Below are positions 11,001-18,307 of a DNA stretch of 64,000 bases, one piece after another (position 1 is the stretch's first letter; every line of letters begins with the position of its first letter). The stretch lies in NCBI GenBank assembly GCA_035390885.1, contig DAOOUW010000002.1:12092-76091 (forward strand). Direction: 5' to 3'. Source of the DNA: Bacteroidota bacterium (GTDB lineage Bacteria > Bacteroidota > Ignavibacteria > UBA10030). The notes under the pieces were generated by a model. That model saw nothing but the letters and a program-made list of their open reading frames with translations. It was not told the DNA's origin and ran no database searches. Both the position numbers and the translations under genes were made by a program.

Positions 11001-13276
11001 TTTTCTTTGATACGCTCGATGTAAGTTATCCAATTTTTGGTCTTCCTGGTGAGCATCGATTTTCTATCCATCTTAATCCAAATCTTGAGATTCCAGAAAT
11101 TACCGAAAAGGATAATTCAGCTTCTAAATCCGTTGTTGTACTATCGAATGCGTTTCAGTTATTAAAGCCAATGAGTCAATTTGAAATGTTTACGAATGAG
11201 ATTGAGCTGGTGAATCCTACTCAAAAAATCGAAGAAGGTGAGAAGGTTGAATTCGAGATTGATACACTTGAAGGATTTGGTATGGCTCGGCAACATGAAG
11301 CACAAATAGGAAAAGTTACAACTAAAATTTCTGGATTATCACTAATAGAAGGACAACGATACTTTTGGAGAGCAAAATTGCAGGGTAGTTCATTATGGTC
11401 AAATGGTTCATTTCGTACAGGATTCGATTCAATTGTGAAATGGCATCCGGTTAGTGATGAATGGCAGACTTTAACTTCAATGGATAGTGTAAAATACTTT
11501 CCTAATGCTGGAGTTCAATTTGATTCGATATACACAAACGTAAATATTATCGCAGCAAGTTATTACGAAGGAAGTTACGGAAATGTAAAATTCGATGGAA
11601 AAGAGGCGCTTCCGAATACTTTCTGGTGGGGACATTCAGTGATAGTAATCGACACCATTACTGCTCAACCGATTACAGTACAGCAGTTCGAAATTTCAGA
11701 TGCTACAGGCTCTGAAGCAACTCGGTTAGCAACCTTTTTGGAAAATTTACCTGATGGAACTATGATTATTCAAGTTGCTACTACGGACGGAGCACAAGGA
11801 TTGACGACGCGGATTAAGAACGCTGTAAAGAAATTTGGAAGCCGATATATTGATAGTATTCAATATAGAGATTCCTGGATTATGATTGGGAAGAAAGGAA
11901 TGCCTGTTGGAAGCGCACGTGAAGTTTGGCATAAGGGAATTCCTAATGTTATCGATCCTTCTACACTCGATACCACTTTCTTAAAACGAGTATTTCAAGG
12001 TTCTATTCAAACCCATATTATTGGGCAAGCGAGTAAGTGGAATGAAATGGCAATGAGAAAAGTAATGCCTCAAGGTACATCTATCGTAACAACCATTTTA
12101 GGAATTCAAAAAAACGGGGAAGTGGATACTCTCATTAGCTCATCTCCAGATACTATAATTTCACTTTCAAAGATACCTGCTAACATCTATCCAAATATAA
12201 AGTTAGCAATAATATTAAATGGGGATTCTATTGGCGCTTCACCTGTTGTAAAGGATTTGTCGGTTTCGCTTATTCCGCCAGCCGAGTTGGCTATCGGTCC
12301 TCGAACAGTATCGGTGGTTGGGGATTCTTTACTTGAAGGAAGCACATTGACTATTCAATCCGATATTTACAATGTTGGATATGCGCCTGCAGATTCATTC
12401 TATGTTACCGGAAAAATTATAAGCTCTCATGGAATAAGAGCATTAGATACGGTTTTCGTTCAGTCGCTTTCTAATGATTCCAGTATCAATATTCACTATT
12501 CGCTTTCTACTCAAGGTTTGCGTGGAGCAAATTCATTTATCATAGAGGTCGATCCGAACAATAACATTTCTGAACTTTACCGTAGTAATAACACTTACGC
12601 TCAAACATTCTATGTTGGCACAGATACAATTCCTCCAATGTTTGATATTACTTTCAATGGAAGAAGGATTCTCAATGGCGATTATGTGCTTGCAAATCCT
12701 CGAATTGATATTTCCATTACTGATAACAGTCCTATGTTGATAACAGACCCATCTAATGTGCTATTAATGTTGGACAATCGTCGAGTACAACTGGCTGCCG
12801 CCACTCAGGATAGCTTGTTTACTTCGCAAACAATATCAGAGCCAGCACGAATAACGTACCGTCCATCGCTTCCTAAAGGCGAGCATGCCTTGGAAATCAG
12901 AGTGAAAGATGTTACTGGTAATTGGTCGGATAGTATTGCAACAAAAATAGTTTTTCAAGTGGAAACTGAATCTCGATTGCTTCAGGTTTACAATTATCCC
13001 AATCCTTTTGGTCGCACAACGTATTTCACCTTTATTATAACTGGAAGAACTATGCCTGAAGAAGTATTGATTAAAATTTATACTGTTGCCGGCAGATTAA
13101 TCAAAACAATTCGATGTAATCAATCAGAATTACAAGCTGGCTTCAATAGAGTGTATTGGGATGGTAGAGATGCTGAAGGCGATGAAATTGCGAATGGCAT
13201 TTACCTTTACAAGATTCTTATGAAATGTGAAAATGAAACTGTAGAAGCGACACAAAAACTCGCAATAGTGAGATGA
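7979..13276 (+). CDS. Multidomain secreted C25-family (gingipain/PorU-like) cysteine peptidase with CARDB-like modules, an ILEI domain and a T9SS-type C-terminal sorting domain
   Basis: 1765 aa.
- Signal-like N-terminus IIVLTIFVLAPFCSLFSQ.
- PorU-like N-terminal motifs GIYRLQYQDI and DGEFDEGDYIEF.
- C25 core from ADYILLTAQTF to LLGDPSVQIAL, with NYIGHSGTQTW (His) and CDFGCSTAKF (Cys).
- CARDB-like VDPNNNISELYRSNNT.
- C-terminal YNYPNPF...WDGRDAEGDEIANGIYLYKI.

The start is uncertain because it overlaps the upstream GT4 by 41 nt. Confidence 0.85.
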   Translation: MKRHYIEKIHLLSNHLLSQIIVLTIFVLAPFCSLFSQNISEKSYTWGKVKTEQNGDALNVNVHFLKNAYSHPEFDVLNSNNENNTDNKKSYFRVALPAGYSVQSSKAKIGSQIQANVGINQNGLQVDEIEWFRGIQCARLSIDISTLSSDVDSIDFNLPLIRNTSNSVISPKYWDKYFSRVKDILFTNYSSSAESYTLLQWNDTTGGWIQYNQPYVRLSIPEDGIYRLQYQDIASIYSQASAIEPTTLKLFNKGKEIPVYVQGEEDGEFDEGDYIEFPALKNYGEKDYRQIPSSNEEYPEYMNRYTDTSYYWLTWGGEAGKRLASNDGITSSDTLLWYTEKIHVEKDAWLLPIGSDDIQNQYPYWQLNDMWCWSFLGAGGKISFPVNTSDVFAGKPGKVFVRFANYGASSTAPQKVWITFNSSAVLDSMYLNRFGHGLLSANVDPALIKSGNNALYLWSQSLSSGWNTVVYDWGELEYPRTLKVINDRLVATFIEPEQIGVHTLVVQGFTSSSIIIYKISQTPKKISHYELSTGAAPYSVSFPDTVNLNDKYIFCTEETIKKPRICEIKQFVNLRNSAHKADYILLTAQTFLTIAENYCRYIEQSTGLTTALINIRDVFDEFGYGYPTSESISEFLRATTRWQLPMPSYLFIVGDGTYDFKYNLAGTDTSKWVPNFVPPYGYPVSDALYTVLDDASPLPQLYVGRLPVESADEFQHYFEHYQQYNLQPNDEWNKTFLMFSGGSSSNPSEITIMKNVNQSVIDTIIKPVPLGGKARHFYKTINPPSDMGPFSVDEIQHAIDEGGIVINYIGHSGTQTWDNGITNINQLKNSVNRFPLICDFGCSTAKFAESNIRCFGELFVTTDDVPAIGYIGNSSLGFLTFAQRAPLLFYLTLIKDTVHCIGQTHLITKLRYVGTASQSMLNQILLYTNTLLGDPSVQIALPSAPNFRINESNISSTPNIPTDNEQLLNLTIPYINSGLVVPDTVKIKISHLFQGANYDTLIYRQCPLFFDTLDVSYPIFGLPGEHRFSIHLNPNLEIPEITEKDNSASKSVVVLSNAFQLLKPMSQFEMFTNEIELVNPTQKIEEGEKVEFEIDTLEGFGMARQHEAQIGKVTTKISGLSLIEGQRYFWRAKLQGSSLWSNGSFRTGFDSIVKWHPVSDEWQTLTSMDSVKYFPNAGVQFDSIYTNVNIIAASYYEGSYGNVKFDGKEALPNTFWWGHSVIVIDTITAQPITVQQFEISDATGSEATRLATFLENLPDGTMIIQVATTDGAQGLTTRIKNAVKKFGSRYIDSIQYRDSWIMIGKKGMPVGSAREVWHKGIPNVIDPSTLDTTFLKRVFQGSIQTHIIGQASKWNEMAMRKVMPQGTSIVTTILGIQKNGEVDTLISSSPDTIISLSKIPANIYPNIKLAIILNGDSIGASPVVKDLSVSLIPPAELAIGPRTVSVVGDSLLEGSTLTIQSDIYNVGYAPADSFYVTGKIISSHGIRALDTVFVQSLSNDSSINIHYSLSTQGLRGANSFIIEVDPNNNISELYRSNNTYAQTFYVGTDTIPPMFDITFNGRRILNGDYVLANPRIDISITDNSPMLITDPSNVLLMLDNRRVQLAAATQDSLFTSQTISEPARITYRPSLPKGEHALEIRVKDVTGNWSDSIATKIVFQVETESRLLQVYNYPNPFGRTTYFTFIITGRTMPEEVLIKIYTVAGRLIKTIRCNQSELQAGFNRVYWDGRDAEGDEIANGIYLYKILMKCENETVEATQKLAIVR
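11540..11899 (+). other. ILEI / FAM3 / GG (PANDER-like) domain inside the C25 protein
   Basis: The segment WGHSVIVIDTITAQPITVQQFEIS...ATRLATFLENLPDGTMIIQVATTDGAQGLTTRIKNAVKKFGSRYIDSIQYRDSWIMIGKKG aligns column by column with my recollection of human FAM3C: [25 protein letters not shown]...[60 protein letters not shown]. Confidence 0.7.
12974..13273 (+). other. C-terminal sorting domain (FlgD-Ig-like / T9SS type) of the C25 protein
   Basis: YNYPNPFGRTTYFTF...IKIYTVAGRLIKTI...VYWDGRDAEGDEIANGIYLYKILM. The same signature occurs at the C-terminus of the ORF ending at 59054. Confidence 0.7.
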
Positions 13277-13277
13277 A

Positions 13278-14027
13278 ATGAAATTCTCGATTATTATTCC
13301 AACTTACAATGAGGAAGCAAATATCGAAGAATGTCTCCAATCGATCCTTTCTCAAAATTATCCACGGAACGATTTTGAGATAATTGTTTCTGATGGTTCA
13401 TCGAGTGATAGAACAGTACCAATTGCTCAACAATATGCCGATAAAGTGGTGGTTGATTCGAAGCGTGGAATTGCCCATGGCAGAAATTTCGGCGCTCAGC
13501 ATGCTTCTGGCGAAATACTTGTCTTTGTTGATTGTGATGTTAACCTCAGGAATAATTTCCTTCAGGAATGCTCTACAAAGTTTCAGGATAAAGAACTAAG
13601 TGGTCTCTGCGGAAAAGCAATGCCAAGAGATGGAAATTTCTTTGCCAGATTTGTATACTATGGTACCTATTACCTTGTTCGCATCTTTTCATTTTTTGGG
13701 TTGCCTCTTTATCCCGGAATGTGTGTGGCATACCGACGAACAGCTTTTGAAAAAGTCGGCGGCTTCCGTGAGGATTTAGGAATTTCCGAAGATATTGATT
13801 TAAGCAAAAGGATTTCAAAAATAGGAAAATGTATTGTACATTCAAGAGCGAAGGCTTTCGTTTCAACTCGGCGTTTGCGGAAGTACGGATTAAGCACCGT
13901 ACTATTTCATATTTGGAATGACTTAAAATATCTTTTTACTGGAAACTCAGCATCAGTGTATCCTAAGGCTGAAGAACTTCATTCGTGGACTGATTTATGG
14001 AAACATCAAAAAGGAAAGATTCGATGA
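13278..14027 (+). CDS. Family 2 glycosyltransferase
   Basis: 249 aa. FSIIIPTYNEEANIEECLQSILSQ and a DXD motif (VDCD). The ATG lies 1 nt after the C25 gene stop. Confidence 0.85.
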   Translation: MKFSIIIPTYNEEANIEECLQSILSQNYPRNDFEIIVSDGSSSDRTVPIAQQYADKVVVDSKRGIAHGRNFGAQHASGEILVFVDCDVNLRNNFLQECSTKFQDKELSGLCGKAMPRDGNFFARFVYYGTYYLVRIFSFFGLPLYPGMCVAYRRTAFEKVGGFREDLGISEDIDLSKRISKIGKCIVHSRAKAFVSTRRLRKYGLSTVLFHIWNDLKYLFTGNSASVYPKAEELHSWTDLWKHQKGKIR

Positions 14028-15643
14028 AAAAGTTTTTTACTCTTGCTCTTTTAGTGGGATTGTTTGGAACAAACCTTCTCTTTTCTCAAACGATATATTT
14101 GCCAATCTCCAACGATGTCTATGGATTCTTGAAGCGAATGGAGAGTAAACAATACATTACACATTTTCAGGATGCAGCTCGTCCTCTTTCCCGAATTGCA
14201 ATTGCACAGAAACTGAAAGAGCTTGAGCCATCTATCCCCAAGATGACCGCTGTCGAACATGATCTCTATAATTTTTACCTTACGGAATTTCGATATGAAT
14301 TACTTATGCTCGAAGGCGATCCAGAGCCTTCGGAAATTCGCTGGCATATTTTTTCGACTGACTTGTTTGAAGGGAAGATGAATTTTGATCTTAACTACTG
14401 GCTTTCATATCGAGAAAATGGGCAGGAAATTACGCGCGTTCGTACACAAGGGCTTCGACTCTATGGATATGCTTATAAAAACATAGGCTATTATTTTAAT
14501 GTTGTCGATAACAAGGAAACAGGCGATAAGTTGAATCCTTCGCGTCTTTATTCTTCTGAGCATGGAATTGTTGTAGCATCAACTCATGGACCCCATGAAA
14601 TTCAATACGATGAAAATGATGCGCAATTTACCGTTCAACTAGGACGAGCGGCTCTCTCTCTCGAAAAAAATGTCAATGCTTGGGGATATGGAGAGCGTGG
14701 TGAAGTCATCTTTTCTGGAAGGGCTCCATCATATCCAATGGTAAAACTTGTCTTTCCATTGTCGCCATCAATCAATTTTGTGTATTTCCATGGTCAACTT
14801 AATTCGGATATTGTTGATTCTTCTCGAAGCTATTGGGTAACGTATCCTGATTATTCTTCATTTCGGCGTGTTGATCATGATAAATTTATTGCAGCGCATC
14901 AAATCGAGTTCTCAATTATTCGTGGAATTGATCTCTCGCTTGGTGAATCCATTGTTTACAGCGATCGTGGACCTTTGTTAGTCTATATGGTTCCAATTAT
15001 GTTCTTCAAAGCTGCCGAACATTATAATAAGGACCCAGATAATTCACAAATGTTTGGGAGTTTGGATATCAATCTTTTTCCACGAACAAACTTCTACACC
15101 ACACTTTTTATTGACGAAATCAATACTGATGAACTCTTTGATGAATTTAAATCGCGAAAGCAAATCGCATATACGATTGGAGCAAGATTCTTTGATATTC
15201 CTTTAACAAATGTAGATTTGAATGCAGAATATACTCGTGCAAATCCAGCAGTGTACAATCATAAATATCCGACAGTAACATTTGCGAACAGTGGATATGC
15301 TCTGGGAACCTGGATTGGTCAAAATGCCGATCTTCTCTTTTGCCAGGTAGGGTACACTCCATACTATAAATTTTCGTTATCTTGTTATTATGAACGATAT
15401 CGGAAGGGCGGCGATTTATCAATTGGGGATCAATATTCTCAAGATCAGGGGCGGAAATCATTTCTCTTTGGTCCGTTACATAAAGAAGAGACTTTCGGAC
15501 TTCGATTGAAGTACCAACCATTCCGTGATTTTTTTATTCGGACTTTTCTTCAGTGGCGAACAATTACCGATGAAAATGACCCAACGCTCAATCGTTCCAG
15601 GCAACCCGAAATATTTCTCTCTGCTGGACTTGGAATTTGGTAA
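14024..15643 (+). CDS. Outer-membrane beta-barrel protein, capsule-assembly Wzi-like
   Basis: - Signal peptide MKKFFTLALLVGLFGTNLLFSQ.
- The N-terminal helical motif DVYGFLKRMESKQYI...ARPLSRIAIAQKL resembles the Wzi family.
- Alternating beta-strand pattern ending in ...SAGLGIW (aromatic terminus).
- The ATG at 14024 forms an ATGA overlap with the upstream stop. The track ORF starts at 13997. Confidence 0.55.
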   Translation: MKKFFTLALLVGLFGTNLLFSQTIYLPISNDVYGFLKRMESKQYITHFQDAARPLSRIAIAQKLKELEPSIPKMTAVEHDLYNFYLTEFRYELLMLEGDPEPSEIRWHIFSTDLFEGKMNFDLNYWLSYRENGQEITRVRTQGLRLYGYAYKNIGYYFNVVDNKETGDKLNPSRLYSSEHGIVVASTHGPHEIQYDENDAQFTVQLGRAALSLEKNVNAWGYGERGEVIFSGRAPSYPMVKLVFPLSPSINFVYFHGQLNSDIVDSSRSYWVTYPDYSSFRRVDHDKFIAAHQIEFSIIRGIDLSLGESIVYSDRGPLLVYMVPIMFFKAAEHYNKDPDNSQMFGSLDINLFPRTNFYTTLFIDEINTDELFDEFKSRKQIAYTIGARFFDIPLTNVDLNAEYTRANPAVYNHKYPTVTFANSGYALGTWIGQNADLLFCQVGYTPYYKFSLSCYYERYRKGGDLSIGDQYSQDQGRKSFLFGPLHKEETFGLRLKYQPFRDFFIRTFLQWRTITDENDPTLNRSRQPEIFLSAGLGIW

Positions 15644-15692
15644 TTTATTAAACGTTTTGTCTTATCAATCTGTCTAACAATCGTTATACTAT

Positions 15693-16262
15693 ATGCCAGC
15701 AGCCACAGATGAAAAAGCGCTCATAGAGCAGATACAACAAGGAAACGAGGCTGCATTTACTGAGTTTGTTAAAAGGTATCAAGAGAAAGTTTACTGGACA
15801 GCACGTCGAATCGTAGGAGACCATGACAGCGCAGATGATGTTACTCAGGAAGTATTCATCAAAGTATATGGAGCGCTAAAAGAGTTTCGTGGCGAGGCAT
15901 CGGTATTTACATGGTTATATCGAATTACAGTGAATGTTTCACTGAACTATAAAAGGAAAAAAAGAATAAGAGACTTTTTCAGTATCGATGAATTGTTCGA
16001 ATCTCCAGATAATACAGAAGATTTGCCTGATGTTGTTGTTGAAAAGGATGAGACCAAAAAATTAATCGAAGAAGCGATTCAACAGTTGCCTGAAAAACAA
16101 CGTGCGGTCTTTGTAATGCGATACTACGATGAATTGACATACGAAGAAATATCAAAAATTCTCCATACTTCTGTTGGAGGATTAAAAGCAAATTATTTCC
16201 ATGCGTTAAAAAAAATTGGAGTATTTCTAAAGAGTCATGGTGCAAAAACATCTGACATATGA
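15693..16262 (+). CDS. ECF (sigma-70 family) RNA polymerase sigma factor
   Basis: 189 aa. Region 2: DDVTQEVFIKVY...FTWLYRITVN. Region 4: QRAVFVMRYYDELTYEEISKILHTSVGGLKANYFHALKKI. Confidence 0.9.
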   Translation: MPAATDEKALIEQIQQGNEAAFTEFVKRYQEKVYWTARRIVGDHDSADDVTQEVFIKVYGALKEFRGEASVFTWLYRITVNVSLNYKRKKRIRDFFSIDELFESPDNTEDLPDVVVEKDETKKLIEEAIQQLPEKQRAVFVMRYYDELTYEEISKILHTSVGGLKANYFHALKKIGVFLKSHGAKTSDI

Positions 16263-16866
16263 ATTAGCAGACTATATTGCTGGCGCTCTTCCAACGGAGG
16301 AAGCTCGACGAGTGGAGGAACACTTAAAATCTTGTGCTCCTTGTCGTGAAGAGTACAACAATTTGGCTTTTGCGATGGATGAGCTCAAAGATTACGAATG
16401 GGAGAGACCATCCCAAGAATATTTTTCTACTCTTGCATCACGGATTCAGACGTCTATAGAAATTTCAAAAGAATCGAATCAAAAATTTTTCCCTGAATCT
16501 CGTCTTGCATTTGCTTTGCAGATTTTAGTGATGGTTATTGGAATTTTTTCCTTTATTCATTTCTCGCCATTTTCAATGATTCAAACTCCTGAATATAAAT
16601 ATGTAGTTTCGGTTCAACCTCAAGAAGAAGATTCATTCTCACAAATTGCTCTCACTTCCTTTGATTTGGATACACGAGCTGAGCTTCTTCAAAGCATGGA
16701 GTATTATGCAATGAATGTGCTTCAAGATAGTGTCGTTATTAAAGAAGCGTTAACCGAAGGACAAGAATTTATACAATCGCCAGTATTTGACTATAACCAA
16801 ATTGTTTTATCACTGAATGATGAAACACAGGATGTTCTTCTTAGTTATTTAGAAGAAAGGATGTAG
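16237..16866 (+). CDS. Anti-sigma factor (zf-HC2), single-pass membrane
   Basis: Overlaps the sigma gene by 26 nt. Has the H-x3-C-x2-C motif (EEHLKSCAPCREEY) and a central TM segment FALQILVMVIGIFSFIHF. Confidence 0.75.
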   Translation: MVQKHLTYELADYIAGALPTEEARRVEEHLKSCAPCREEYNNLAFAMDELKDYEWERPSQEYFSTLASRIQTSIEISKESNQKFFPESRLAFALQILVMVIGIFSFIHFSPFSMIQTPEYKYVVSVQPQEEDSFSQIALTSFDLDTRAELLQSMEYYAMNVLQDSVVIKEALTEGQEFIQSPVFDYNQIVLSLNDETQDVLLSYLEERM

Positions 16867-16868
16867 AT

Positions 16869-17366
16869 ATGAAACGAATCAATAAATTTTTTCAATTCTT
16901 TCTCATTATCTTCATTGCACTTCCTAACGCAATGAATGCTCAACCGGGACCACCTGATATGCCGCCCCCTTCTCCACAGCGAATTGAGCAATATAAAAAA
17001 GTCCGATTACTTGAAGTCCTTAACCTCGATGAGGAGAAATCAGCTCGTTTCCTTACTCGGTATGATAAATTTACTAAGGAGACCTATGATCTCATGAAGA
17101 AGCAGAGAGACCTTGTCGATGAGTTGGATAAGAAGCTTAAGAACAATGCATCAGACCAGGAGCTTTCTGCCACTATAGAAGATATCCTCAATTGTAATGA
17201 GAAGATCGCTGAAACACGCACAAAATACTTCCACGGATTGAAAGATATTCTTACAAATCGACAAATTGCTGAATATATGGTTTTTGAAAGAGAATTCGCA
17301 AGAAATATTCGTGAAGTTATGCACGATCTTGCTCGGGATAAACGAGGTGAGAAAGAGAAGCATTGA
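16869..17366 (+). CDS. Periplasmic Spy/CpxP/ZraP-like LTXXQ-motif protein
   Basis: Signal peptide, a proline-rich linker, then a helical Lys/Glu-rich body with an LTXXQ motif (ILTNRQIAEY). It is the third gene of the sigma/anti-sigma module. Confidence 0.6.
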   Translation: MKRINKFFQFFLIIFIALPNAMNAQPGPPDMPPPSPQRIEQYKKVRLLEVLNLDEEKSARFLTRYDKFTKETYDLMKKQRDLVDELDKKLKNNASDQELSATIEDILNCNEKIAETRTKYFHGLKDILTNRQIAEYMVFEREFARNIREVMHDLARDKRGEKEKH

Positions 17367-17389
17367 GTTCAACCACTGCCAGAGAGGTA

Positions 17390-18307
17390 TCACGACTTTA
17401 ATGCTTCGTAAGCGATACCATATCGCAATCCTTGCGTGCTTACAAGAATTTTTGAAATATTATATTTCTCCATTATCTGCTGAAGAACGAGAATTCCTGC
17501 AACAATTATATCCGCCCGCTTTGGATTTATTGATTGAATTTGATGAAGCTCTACAAGCGACAATCTCTTAAGCTCTTGAAAAGAATTTTCGACTTGTTCT
17601 CTCGTCAAGAGAAATTTATGAACTTTTTCTTTTTCAAACGATCTCAGCTTTTGAACGTACGAAGCTAAGGTCGTCAAAGTTCCAGCGACGCCTACAAATT
17701 TTGTTTTTGCAGAAAGCGAAGGTAATTGTAACAGATGATTATTGATTTCGTAAATGGCTTCCTCAATTGCAGAAGGCGAGGGAGGCGATGATTTAAGTAT
17801 TCGTTCAGTGATTCGTACTGCGCCAATGTTTATACTTGCACTTCCTATGTAATTAAGTCCCTTCCCAAACGATAGTTCAGTACTTCCACCTCCAATATCG
17901 ATTACAGCTACATCATCATTATTGGAATTCCACCATCCAATTAACGCGCCAATATAAGTAAGTCTGCCCTCCTCATCGCCGCTTAGGATTCGGATTGAAA
18001 TTCCAAATTTTTGATAGAAGTATTCTACTACCTCTTCTCGATTCGCAGCATCCCGAAAAACACTTGTCCCACAAGCAACAATTTCATTGACGTTGAATTT
18101 ACGAGCGGTTGCTGTATACTTCTGCAGTATCTCCTCGACCCTTTCGATAGAATCTGGTAGAATTGTATGATTCGAATCAACTTTGTTCCCTAACCGAGCA
18201 ATGGAATGCTCTTCGTGTAAAAAGTGGAACACTGACTCAGCGGTACACTCTGCTATAACCATGAGAATGGTATTAGTGCCGATATCGATTGCAGCGACTC
18301 GTTTCAT
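17390..18307 (-). CDS. ppx: Ppx/GppA family phosphatase (exopolyphosphatase-like)
   Basis: ASKHA-fold motifs AAIDIGTNTILMVIAE and IDIGGGSTEL. I prefer the ATG at 18307 (MKRVAAIDIG), which abuts the prmA stop. The track ORF extends to 18334. Confidence 0.85.
   Translation of the reverse strand: MKRVAAIDIGTNTILMVIAECTAESVFHFLHEEHSIARLGNKVDSNHTILPDSIERVEEILQKYTATARKFNVNEIVACGTSVFRDAANREEVVEYFYQKFGISIRILSGDEEGRLTYIGALIGWWNSNNDDVAVIDIGGGSTELSFGKGLNYIGSASINIGAVRITERILKSSPPSPSAIEEAIYEINNHLLQLPSLSAKTKFVGVAGTLTTLASYVQKLRSFEKEKVHKFLLTREQVENSFQELKRLSLVELHQIQSINPKRADIIVAGILVLQQIMEKYNISKILVSTQGLRYGIAYEALKS

Noticed and set aside
17266-17571. 101-aa plus-strand ORF spanning the end of the LTXXQ gene and the 3' end of ppx
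   Set aside because: It is out of frame with one well-supported gene and antisense to another, and it has no motif. It is a shadow ORF.
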